This document shows positions 9,741-20,000 of a stretch of 20,000 nt of DNA, in pieces. This DNA comes from Chiloscyllium plagiosum (taxonomy: Eukaryota), in NCBI RefSeq assembly GCF_004010195.1, contig NC_057719.1, forward strand, positions 51,123,642-51,143,641, given 5' to 3'. Made by a program: the position numbers and the translations under genes. Position 1 is the first letter of the stretch. The number at the start of each line of letters is the position of its first letter. The notes under the pieces were generated by a model, which saw only the letters and a program-made list of their open reading frames with translations, did no database searches and was not told the DNA's origin.

Positions 9741-10918
9741 GAAGACCAGAGGTTGGCAAACGTGTTGCCACTGTTTAAGAAGGGCGGTAAAGACAAGCCA
9801 GGGAACTATAGACAATTGAGCCTGAACTCGGTGGTGGGCAAGTTGTTGGAGGGAATCCTGAGGGACAGGATGTACATGTATTTGGAAAGGCAAGGACTGA
9901 TTCGGGATAGTCAACATAGCTTGTGTGTGGGAAATTATGTCTCACAACCTTGATTGAGTTTTTTGAAGCAGTAACAAGATTGATGAGGGCAGAGCAGTAG
10001 ATGTGATCTATATGGACTTCAGTAAGGTGTTCGACAAGGTTCCCCATGGGAGACTGATAAGCAAGGTTAGATCTCATGGAATAAAGGGAGAACTAGCCAT
10101 CTGGACACAGAACTGGCTCAAAGGTAGAAGACAGAGGGTGGTGGTGGAGGGTTGTTTTTCAGACTGGAGGCCTGTGACCAGTGGAGTGTCACAAGGTTCG
10201 GTGCTGGGTCCTCTACTTTTTGTCATTTACATAAATGATTTGTATGTGAGCATAAGAGGTACAGTTAGTAAGTTTGCAGATGACACCAAAATTGGAGGTG
10301 TAGTGGACAGTGAAGAGGGTTACCTCCGATTACAACAGGATCTTGACCAGATGGGCCAATGGGCTCAAAAGTGGCAGATGGAGTTTAATGTCTCCTTCCT
10401 ATCAGAAAGATGTTGTGAAACTTGAAAGGGTTCAGAAAAGATTTACAAGGATGTTGCCAGGGTTTGAGGATTTGAGCTATAGGGAGAGGCTGAACAGGCT
10501 GTGGCTGTTTTCCATGGAGCGTCGGAGGCTGAGGGGTGACCTTATAGAGGTTTACAAAATTATGAGGGGCATGGATAGGATTAATAGACAAAGTATTTTC
10601 CCTGGGATTGGGGAGTCCAGAACTAGAGGGCATAGGTTTAGGATGAGAGGGGAAATATATAAAAGAGACCTAAGGAGCAACGATTTCACGCAGAGGGTGG
10701 TACGTGTATGGAATGAGCTGCCAGAGGATGTGGTGGAGGCTGGTACAATTGCAACATTTAAGAAGCATTTGGATGGGTATATGAATAGGAAGGGTTTGTA
10801 GGGATATGGGCCGGGTGCTGGCAGGTGGGACTAGATTGGGTTGAGATATCTGATCGGCATGGTCGGGTTGAACCGAAGGGTCTGTTTCCATGCTGTACAT
10901 CTCTATGACTCTATGACT
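9741..10918 (+). mobile_element. Young CR1 (HER1-like) LINE 3' part with an internal deletion
   Basis: ORFs read PLFKKGGKDKPGNYR, YMDFSKVFDKVPHGRL..SGVSQGSVLGPLLFVIYINDL..KFADDTK and LERVQKRFTRM..WNELP. The tail ctctatgactctatgact ends at 10918. Confidence 0.97.
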
Positions 10919-10920
10919 TT

Positions 10921-11342
10921 AAGCCAGAGAAGGTTCACTCGGTTGATTTTGGGTATGGGAGAATTTTCTTATGAGGAGAGGTTATAAAAACTTGAGAATT
11001 ATGAACAGGAAATTCAGCCACTCACACCTGTTCTGCTATTTAATACAATCATGGCTGATATCGTTTCGGCTTCATCTGCATTTTCCTGCCCACTCCCATA
11101 AACCTTTAAACCATTACTAAGTAAAAGTCTGTCTATCTCCTCCTTAAGTTTATTCCATCCCCCAAATATTGGAGGCTGTCTTCATTGGAAGATATGAGAT
11201 TCTTAGGGGCATTGGCAGACTAAATGATGAGAGGTTCTTTCCTCTTCTGGGAGAGTCCAGAACCAGACAGAATATTCTCCAAGTAAGGGTCATCCAGTTA
11301 TGGCAGAAATTAGGTCTCACCTCTCAGAGGAGAGTGAATCTT
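10921..11342 (+). mobile_element. Old CR1 host, parts 2 and 3 (10921-10984 and ~11168-11342)
   Basis: cagagaaggttcactcggttgatt..tcttatgaggagagg (QRRFTRLI..SYEER) continues the 9290-9740 piece; later YEILRGIGRLNDERFFPLLGESRTR. Confidence 0.8.
10985..11165 (-). mobile_element. Short CR1 3'-end fragment nested in the old CR1
   Basis: attcagccactc..cctgttctgctatttaat..atcatggctgat..cattttcctgccc..ccccataaacctt resembles the reverse-complement CR1 tail at 19690-19800. Confidence 0.75.
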
Positions 11343-11593
11343 TTTGTTTATTGATTCACAATATATGAGTGTCATTGACTAGGCCAGCACTTATCACCCA
11401 GGTGATAGTTAATGCTGTGGGTCACTTGTGGGCCAGCAGCTTTTTTCCCCAAAGTGAACTATATGGAGTTTTCCCCAATATTGGCAGTGGTTTCATCAAC
11501 CCTGAACTCCAGATTTCTATTGAGTTCAAATTCTATTACCTGTGTGGGATTTGAACCCTCGTCCCCAGGTCATTACCCTGGGTTCGCACATTA
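11341..11593 (-). mobile_element. tRNA-derived SINE (B box, body, LINE-type 3' tail); its A-box end is displaced to ~12700-12722
   Basis: Minus strand has B box GGTTCAAATCC at 11557-11547 and ends with gctggcctagtcaatgacactcatat..gtgaatcaataaac. The A-box-like gcttagtggt lies at 12720-12711, beyond the inserted CR1. Confidence 0.75.
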
Positions 11594-12706
11594 ATAGAGT
11601 CATAGAGTCATAGGGATGTACAGCATGGAAACAGACCCTTCGGTCTAACTTGTCCATGCTGACCAAATATCCGAACTTAATTTCGTCCCATTAGCCAGCA
11701 CTTGGCCTCTATCCCTCTAAACCCTTCCTATTCATATAACCATCCAGATGCCTTTTAAATGTTGTAATTGTACCAGACTCCACCACTTTCTCTGGCAGCT
11801 CATTCCATACAAGCACCACCCTCTGTGTAAAAAAGCTGCCCCTTCGGTCCCTTTTATATCTTTCCCCTCTCACCCTAAACCTATGCCCTCTAGTTCTGGA
11901 CTCCCCCACCACAGGAAAAAGACCTTGTCTGTTTATCCTATCCATGCCCCTCATGATTTTATAAACCTCTATAACATCACCCCTCAGCCTCCGATGCTCC
12001 AGGGAAAACAGCTCCAACCTATTCAGTCTCTCCCTATAGCTCAAATCCTCCAACCCTGGCAACATCCTTGTAAATCTTTTCTGAACCCTTTCAAGTTTCA
12101 CAACATTCTTCCTATAGGAAGGAGACCAGAATTGCATGCAGTATTCCAAAAGTGTCCTAACCAATGTCCTGTACAGCTGCAATATGACCTCTCAACTCCT
12201 GTACTCAATACTCTGACCAATAAAGGAAAGCATACCAAATGCCTATCTACCTACGACTCTATTTTCAAGGAGCTATGAACCTGCACTCCAAGGTCTCTTT
12301 GTTCAGCAACACTCCCTAGGACCTTACCATTAAGTGTATAAGTCCTGCTCCGATTTGCTTTTACAAAATGCAGCACCTCACATGTATCTAAATTAAACTC
12401 TATCTGCCATTCCTCAGCCCATTGGCCAATCTAATCAAGATCCCGTTGTAATCTGGGATAACCTTCTTTGCTATCCACTAAACTTCCAAGTTTGGTGTCA
12501 TCTGTAATCTTCCTAACTATACCTCCTATGTTCACATCCAAATCATTTATATAAATGACAAAAACTAGTGGACCCAGCACCGATCCCTGTGGCACACCAC
12601 TAGTCACAGGCCTCCAGTCTGAAAAGCAACCCTCAACCACCACCCTCTGTCTTCTACCTTTGGCTAGTTCTGTATCCAAATGGCTAGTTCTCCCTGTATT
12701 CCATGA
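11594..12706 (-). mobile_element. Young CR1 (HER1-like) LINE, 5'-truncated, inserted in the SINE head
   Basis: ORF 12431-12715 reads GRRQRVVVEGCFSDWRPVTSGVPQGSVLGP..DDTK, and ORF 11709-12182 reads QLYRTLVR..LERVQKRFTRM..WNELP. The (CTCTATGA)n tail is at 11594-11613. Confidence 0.97.
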
Positions 12707-12724
12707 TAGCACCACTAAGCTTTA

Positions 12725-15314
12725 CCTACGCAACAGAGGGCTATATGACTGGATCATTCCTGGTAACAACCGGGATTTGATAGGGGGATATTCAGAGATG
12801 GTCTGTGCCATTGAATGTCAAGGGGCGATGTTTGGATAATTTCTTGTTGGAAACAGCAGTTGCCTGGCACTTCTGTGGCACCAATGTTACCTGCTACTTA
12901 TCAGATCAAGCCTAAATGTTGTCCAGGTCTGAGAGCATATGGACACAGACTGCTTCAGCATCTAAGGAGTCATGAATCATGCTGGAAATTGTGCAATCAT
13001 CCACTAAATCCTTATGTTAAAGAAGTTGAAGATGGCTGAGATGATTGACTCTCAACTACTTCATCCATCTTCTTTAGGTCAGGTATTACTCCAACCAGTG
13101 GAATGTTTTCCCCTGATTCCCATTGAGTCCCATTTTGCTCAGATTCCTTGATGGCAACTCGCTCAAATACTGCCCTGCTCTAAAAACCCGCAGAAGGGTT
13201 ACACCCGAAACATTGACTTCTCTACCTCCTGATGCTGCTTGGCTTGCTGTGTTCTTCCAGCCTCCTACTTGAACACTTGGATTCCAGCATCTGCAGTTTT
13301 TTCATCTCTAACTGATGTAAAATGCAGCACCTTCACTTCCTTCTTGAGTCCAGCTCCTTTGCCCATGTTTGGACCGAATCTGTGATGAGGCCAGGAGCTG
13401 AGTGGTACAGGTGGAGCTGAAAGTGAGCATCACTGAGCAGGTTACTGTTGTGTAAGTCCACTTAATAGCACTGTTGACAACACCTTTCAACAGTTTACTG
13501 ATGATTGAGAATAGATTGGATAGTTGGCCAGGTTGGATTTGTTTGACAACAGAACTGGGCAAATTTCCACATTACCAGATCAGTGTTGTAGCTATACAGG
13601 GACAGCTTGGCTAGGGCAGTGCCTAGTTGTGGACTGCAGGTCTCCAATAACATTGCCAAATGTTAACAGGGCTCATTGTCTTTACAGTACCCAAAAACTC
13701 CATTCACTTCTTGAGGAATGAATTGAACTGGCTGAAAGATGGTATCTGTGATGCTGGGAATATCAGGAGGTACTAGGTACTCTGGCTAAAGGTGCTTGCA
13801 AATTCTTCAGCCTTGTTTTTTGCACAGATATGTTGGTCTCTGCAACCAATGAAGGTGAAGATGTTTGTGGAGTCTCCTCTGCCAGTGAGCTGTTTAACCA
13901 TGATTTACGACTGGAAGTGGCAGGACTCAAGAGCTTATATCTGATCAAGTGATTATTGGACTTATTAGCTCTATAGCATTCGGTTTCTGTTGTTTGGCAT
14001 GCAAGTAGTTCTGTGTTGTAGCTTCACAAGTTGACATGTAAGTCTGATACTGTTCATTGCAGGCCATCCTGGAGTCTTCACTGATCCCTGTCTTAGTGGT
14101 AATGGTGAGGTGGGGAATTTGCTGGACTATGAGGTTACAGATTGTGGTTGAGTGTAATTATGTTGCTGTTGTTGGTCCCCAGCACTTCGTGGATGCCCAG
14201 TCTTGTATTGCCAGATCTGTTTGAGATCTCTCCTTTTCAATTGGTGGCTGTGCCACACAACATGTTAGAGGGTAACCTCAACCTGAAGCTTAGACTTTAT
14301 CACCATTAGAACTCTGTGGTAGTCATTGTTATGGACAGCAGTCAGCATATTTGTGAGGAGGAGGTCAAGTATGTTTTTTCCTGTTGGCTCCTTTGCACTT
14401 GCTGCATATCCTATATAGCAGCAATATCGTTTACGATTCTGAACAGTAGTGATGATACAGGGATATTGTTGGTGATGGACATTGAAGTTTCCTACCGAGA
14501 GTAAATTCTGTGCCCTTGTCAAGAGTGGTGTTTACATTGTGGAGGAATGATTTATATGTTGAGGAGGGGCAGTAGGTATTTATATTCAGGAGATTTCCTT
14601 TCCCTTGCTAGATCTGGTGCCACCAACTTCATTGCTTCCAGAGTGAATGTTGAGGACACCCAAGACAACTCCCTCCCAAATCTATACTAATCTGTTGCCA
14701 CCTCTGGTAGATCTGTCCCGTTGGTAGGACAGCACATACCCAGGGATGGTGATGGTGATGTCTGGCTCATTGTCAGGTTTGGTTATGCATATGACTGGGC
14801 CAGGCTGTTGCTTGACGATTCTGTGAGATAGCCCTCTCGATTTTGGAATAACCCCAGGTGTTGATCAGGAAGTCTTTGCAGGATTGGCAGGCTTGTATGG
14901 TGCTGTTCTTTTATATTGCCTTGCTCAATGCCAGCAGGTCTATCCAGTTTAATCCCTTTTTTCAGTCTTTGTAGCAATTCGATGCAACTGAGTGGCTTGA
15001 TAATTTCAGAGGACAGTTAAGAGTCAACCACATTGCTGTGGATTATGAATCACATGCATGCCAGGTCAACTGATGGTTTCCCTCCTGTTAAGTGAAACGG
15101 ATAGGTTTGTATGGTACTTGATTCATGGTCACTATTAGTCTAGTTTCCAGATTAAATAAAGTTAAAATTAATTTTAAAAATAAATTTGTTAACAAATTCC
15201 AGACTTATTAAATGAATCCAAAATTTACCACCAGCCAGAGTGGGATATGAGCTTTCCAAAGCATTGGCCTGGTTCTCTGGATTACTAGCCCACGGACAAT
15301 ACCACTACACTGGC
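12725..15314 (-). mobile_element. Long decayed EN-RT LINE (CR1/L2 group) with a tRNA-like 5' head and no visible ORF1; 3' end missing
   Basis: APE endonuclease motifs: TITIPGYVLSY..RSTRGG (~14760-14700), VGNFNVHH (~GDFN), EPTGKNILDLLLTN and DYHRVL (~SDH). Then KLLSPATSSR, SIISKLLKGVVNSAIK and HRPLTFNG (~12830). The 5' ~320 bp (14995-15314) matches the SINE head and body. Confidence 0.85.
13180..13312 (+). mobile_element. Penelope pLTR fragment with a decayed hammerhead core, nested in the old LINE
   Basis: CcGcAGA-a-GGGT-tac-ACCC-GAAAC at 13188-13211, then ctcctgatgctgcttggcttgctgtgttcttccagc..ttccagcatctgcag. Confidence 0.8.
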
Positions 15315-17368
15315 ATGATTGTTGCTGGTGAAATGCTGCACAGGTCTTCAGAAAATCCCTGGAATAAAGTAGCCACAAAACATTTTGGGCTATTTTAACC
15401 TCAAACTGTTTCTGAAAGACCCATTGTCTAATGGTTTGAAGCATAGTTTTTCATGCACAATGGCACAGATGTCTGAGACCAAATTGGTCTGAACATTCTC
15501 AGCCTTCTCTTACATTAACAATCCTCATGACTTTATGCATCTAACATAATACACCCTGTGTTCAGGGCAATAATTTGTTCTCCTTTTTGGCTATTATGCT
15601 GAGGACTGTGGCTCCTGCTGCCTTAGGATTCTTGCTTTTGCAAAATGCACCTGCCCACTGGCCTGGATGTGTGAGGGAGCTGCACCCATTTTATCACTAG
15701 AGGTCAGTTTTTGTGATAGCCTGGTATAATTGCCCGATGCCTACTTTGCTGCCAGCTGTGATTACAGTGTCTAAGGTGACTATTTCCTCCAATCTTCGTT
15801 CCTTCTTGATTGTAAGACCAGCATTTTCAGTGATATCCAAGTGACTTAAGCAAATTATTATCAACTTGGGATTACTTCCTGCCTGCACTCCAAGAGCTTT
15901 CATAACTCCTTGTCAAGGAATCCTTGATCACTCTGAGTCCTTCGCTGCAGCAGGAATTATGAAAATAGGATCCAAAAACATTTTTCACTACAAACAATAG
16001 TTCCCCAATCTCTCTCTGTACTTGTATACTCTACCCTTTCCTCCAACATCAGCAGGGCTATACAGGGCTAGAACAGGGAACATCCCACCTTCTATTTTGT
16101 TCTTCTGTCTGTCTGTTCTAATGCAGACAGAGGCATGTAAATCTGTACTGTAAAGTCTTCTTCACACATTTGGAATCCAGGGTGGTCATTTGTTTTCTAC
16201 TTTATTGATATTTGTTCTTTTATTGTTTAATCCTGGTACATATTAGGTTTATTTAGTCCTTAAGATATAATTGCTTTGAAATAACCATAAGAGCAGTTTA
16301 ACTAACGAACATAGAAGCCAGTTATTTTTGTTTAATGTCATCAATCTGTATTCAGAGCCCATTGCTGTGTTATCCACCACCAATAAGCTTGCATTCATGA
16401 TTAGCAAACGTGCTGTACATGATTAACAAGGCATAGAAACCTGGCACCTTTAAAATTTGTTTCCGGGTGCCCTTTCCTCCAAATCAGGACATCTGCTGCA
16501 ACTCCCTCATAACAATTCTGTTAAATTAATATCACATACAAGATTGGAGCCACCTTCTATAGTAAAGGCACCGCCGCTAGAAACTGACAAGATATATCAT
16601 CAGTGTGTCGACCCTAATGGACATGGCAAACATTCTCTCAGCATTTTGTCTGAAGCTGCACTGCAGCTTTTAGATTTTTGTAGAACATGTGTCAACCAGC
16701 TGTTTCAGTCATGCTGCCTGAGTCTCTTTCCCTAAACTGCTCCACTCCTCTTTCCATTTCTTCAAACTTTTGTTTTAATGAAATCCTGCTGTTAGCCTCA
16801 TCAGGTTCACTGTGTCTCCAGGATTTTCAGGTTTCCCTTTATCCCATTATCCACTCATTTGCTCCAACACTGCTACCCAGCTTTTCTGGGGCTATTGAAT
16901 TTGCTGCAGTATATAAATCTTCTGTTTTCCTTATTTTTAAAGCCAAATATACTTTATTGGATGCTTTTCTGATTTTAATTGATACTGGGTCCAACAAAAC
17001 TATTTTAAAACATTCACATCACAATAATTTATCTTAGGAGAGTGTCAGTGGAGCTAATTTGTCAAATGGCATCTGATTATATTGTCCAATAACTGATTTC
17101 TCATACCAACTTGAAACAATATCTTAGAGTAAATAGCAATCTTCAGGATACTGTCCATTTACAATTTGCAATGCAAACTCTTATTCTGTTTAAAGCGAAA
17201 TCCAGAGATCATTATTTCTGGATTAGACTCCTTTTGTGTAGCCAAATAGCATATTGTCCTCAGCTAAAGTAGATAATTTGCACTGGAGTTAAATTACCAA
17301 ACCAAAGACCAGTAAAGCTTAAGGATCTCAAAGGGCTCTAGTTCTAATCCATCAAAGCTTTCAGATTT

Positions 17369-17550
17369 CTAACGCATTTTGTTCCGTGTGCTTATTCTCT
17401 GTGATGCTGATGTTGCCGCAGCCATTTGTTGTGCAAACCTTTTGAGATCTGAGGTTTCCACTTGTGGGAGCTGATAATGACTTTGGCCACCAACTGGCTT
17501 GACTGGTGACGCTCCCTCTTGAGAAGAAAGAGAATGACTCATGCCTTTCC
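17369..17550 (-). CDS. Candidate terminal coding exon of an unidentified gene
   Basis: Strong acceptor ttttttttatttccttaaccag|G at 17551/17550. One open frame reads KGMSHSLSSQEGASPVKPVGGQSHYQLPQVETSDLKRFAQQMAAATSASQRISTRNKMR* (TAG at 17371-17369). A second frame is open to TGA at 17363-17361. Minus-strand AATAAA lies at 16958-16953, and the context is repeat-free. Confidence 0.35.
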
Positions 17551-18653
17551 CTGGTTAAGGAAATAAAAAAAACTAAATGTAAACGAATGTGGAATCCAAA
17601 CAACCCAGCCTGCCTTTCATCTTCCAGCACCCTAATGATCTGCTCCTAATGAAGGCATTTTTTTAGCATTTACTATGGAGAGGTTTCTGATTGTCCTTAC
17701 TGTCCTGTTATATTGACTCAGAAGGGACATTTTACAATTGAAAGCCACACCTGCCCCACACAGTAATACATGGCACATTTGTGAAAAAGAACCAATCAAT
17801 AATCTAATGTAAAGTCCATTAAAGTGTCACTTTTCTGAACGTTATTACAACAAACCAAATCCAAAGGGTGAGACTGTGGTCAACTTAGTTAGTTTTGTGT
17901 AAAAAAAAGCATATTGAATTCTAGCTATCTACAGAGATAAAAGCCCAGTGATTGATCTGTCTGCTGTGATCCTGCCTTAATCCATTTTCTTACTTGTCTT
18001 TGAAGAAACAGTGAATAAAAAAGTATTTATCGTCCCATTTTCAAATTTCAGACATGAAACCCCTGACTCCTATGCAATATAAATATCTTAGAATGTTCCT
18101 TACTCATTGATTAAGGATGAAGGGCTAATAGAGTAATGGGATATAGTGGAAGTGTGAATATTATTGCACCACACATTTTACTGCTGAAGATACAGACTTA
18201 AAATTTCTTAATCATTGACTTGTCAGAACAGAGCAAAGAAATGTTATAGATATTTTGAACAACTAAATAATAGATTTACACTGACCTGATGGGAAAAGGC
18301 ACTAACTTGTATAGTGGCATAATATTAGAAATTCAACAGGTTACAAGTCTTATATGTGACGTTTGCCATTTTTAGCCTGAGTGGTATAATTTGGTTGTGT
18401 GTGTTCTGACAATAATGGATTTAATAACTAATCACAGCAATTAATCTCCATCAATTATTCCACAACAGATTTAGACACAGGTACAAGAAAAGCCTGCTGG
18501 TGATGATCAGTTTTGTGAATCCTACATTCAAAGTTTCCTGTTTCTCTCAATTGTACTACACTTACCATATTTCATATCTCACATTACTTGTATGCAGACT
18601 CTCAAAGTAATTTTTCTTAAAGAAAATCTGATTTGCATTTGAATTATTCAAAA

Positions 18654-18850
18654 CTGAATGGCTTTCGAGGACATTTCAGACAGCAATTAAATCTCAACCA
18701 CATTGCTGTGGGTTTGGAGAGAACAGGGAAGGCTTTCCTTCCCTAAAGGACATTGGTGAATCAGCTAGGTCTTTCAACAACAGATAGTGGTCTCAAAGTC
18801 ATCATCAGACTTTTAATTTCACTTTTTAATGAGTTCAAATGCCATTGTTG
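18654..18850 (-). mobile_element. Body fragment of the same tRNA-headed SINE/LINE family
   Basis: tcaaccacattgctgtgg at ~18694 is identical to ~15025. ttccttccctaaaggacattggtgaa and tgagttcaaat (also at 11521) follow. Confidence 0.75.
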
Positions 18851-19643
18851 ATTATGGAGGGAGAATTTCTGCCAATCCGTGAGGGCAGTGGAGTCGGGTA
18901 CTTTGAGGAACTTGGGAATCCTTGGAAGTGGTGGAATGAAATATTGAGGTGGTGAGGACATGATCAGAACCTGTTGGAAGAGGAGAAGCTAAAAACCATT
19001 GGGAAAGGTCAGTGGGTTGTTCCTAATAATACAGTCTTCTCAGGTGGTTTGTGTGTTTTCAGAAGTTGGTATAAAGGCACCCACCTCCCATGTTCACTTA
19101 GTCCTTTCCTCAGTACAGGTACAATTTTCTCAATTCTTATAAAACCCAACAGTGACAACAGTTACAGCTGAAAACCTGCATCACAATGAACTTTGCAACC
19201 TTATTATCATTATTCAGTTTCCAATCTGGCCTACCTGACTTCCACTCTCAGCTAAATCTGGAAATATTGGATTGGAAACAGGCTTGTATTGGGAATTTAC
19301 AGATTTTAATACCCAACAACCAATCCCCCTCGCTGAGCTTCCCCAATTTGGTCCTTTTTTAGGTTAAAATTCAGCTTCTAATCAATCACAAACCTAAGCT
19401 TTCCAAGTATTGTTAATCAGTGGTAAGTTAATTATTCTATTTCAAATGATAATCTGAGAATGTACTGGGAGATATTGGGCCACACACACTAGGAATTGAG
19501 ATCCAAATTAATTTCTTGATCTATACTTCACCCTAGAATAAGTTAATGATAAGAGTTTTATGTCTTAATATTCAAGTCTGTTATTGGCATAAACATATAT
19601 GAATAGCATGCTACTGTCTATTATCATGATTCAGCATGTCACT

Positions 19644-20000
19644 TAAGACCATAAGATCATAAGACCATAAGACCATAAGACATAGGAGCGGAAGTAAGGC
19701 CATTTGGCCCATCGAGTCCACTCCACCATTCAATCATGGCTGATGGGCATTTCAACTCCACTTACCCGCATTCTCCCCGTAGCACTTAATTCCTTGTGAC
19801 ATCAAGAATTTATCAATTTCTGCCTTGAAGACATTTAGCGTCCCAGCCTCCACTGCACTCTGCGGCAATGAATTCCACAGGCCCACCACTCTCTGGCTGA
19901 AGAAATGTCTCCGCATTTCTGTTCTGAATTTACCCCCTCTAATTCTAAGGCTGTGTCCACGGGTCCTAGTCTCCTCACCTAACGGAAACAATTTCCTAGC
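19644..20000 (-). mobile_element. Young CR1 LINE 3' end of a second family, with a (TCTTATGG)n tail; continues off the right edge
   Basis: ORF 19752-19991 reads FPLGEETRTRGHSLRIRGGKFRTEMRRHFFSQRVVGLWNSLPQSAVEAGTLNVFKAEIDKFL. An 8-bp tandem taagacca (~4.5 copies) lies at 19644-19684. Confidence 0.95.

Noticed and set aside
11748..12278. 176-aa plus-strand ORF, and similar ORFs at 9775-10077, 10385-10633, 10670-10900 and 12555-12839
   Set aside because: These are antisense frames of CR1 ORF2, not host genes.
15235..15314. Possible tRNA gene
   Set aside because: The B box is decayed, there is no cloverleaf, and it is continuous with the retroelement body, so it is a SINE/LINE head.
15697..15903. 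68-aa minus-strand ORF (MKALGVQAG...) with a faint RT-like look
   Set aside because: No convincing motif or splice signals, so it cannot be supported as an exon or a TE.
18857..19378. Possible decayed MITE (gggagaattt...aaattcagc ends)
   Set aside because: The terminal match is too short and imperfect, and no TSD is visible.
19644..19684. Short tandem repeat resembling a CRISPR or satellite array
   Set aside because: It is the 8-bp microsatellite tail of a CR1 LINE and has no spacers.

Overview
AT-rich vertebrate non-coding DNA. The repeat families point to a cartilaginous fish (shark-like); this is inferred from the repeats, not proven. There is no intact protein-coding gene, rRNA, true tRNA or CRISPR array. 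Roughly two thirds of the window is a layered set of transposable-element fossils: an old RTE-clade LINE (1-1640); old and young CR1 LINE pieces, including three young HER1-like copies and one copy with a different tail; a decayed Penelope element plus several pLTR-derived pieces with hammerhead-ribozyme-like cores, two of them fold-back insertions with target-site duplications; a decayed Harbinger/PIF transposase; and a long EN-RT LINE fossil (15314->12725, minus strand) that starts with a tRNA-like head shared with SINE copies elsewhere in the window. A roughly 0.5 kb segment is locally duplicated about 1.43 kb apart. The largely repeat-free stretch 15320-18650 holds one candidate terminal coding exon on the minus strand (17550->17369), which I cannot assign to a gene. 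All family assignments come from motif recognition by eye, not from database searches.
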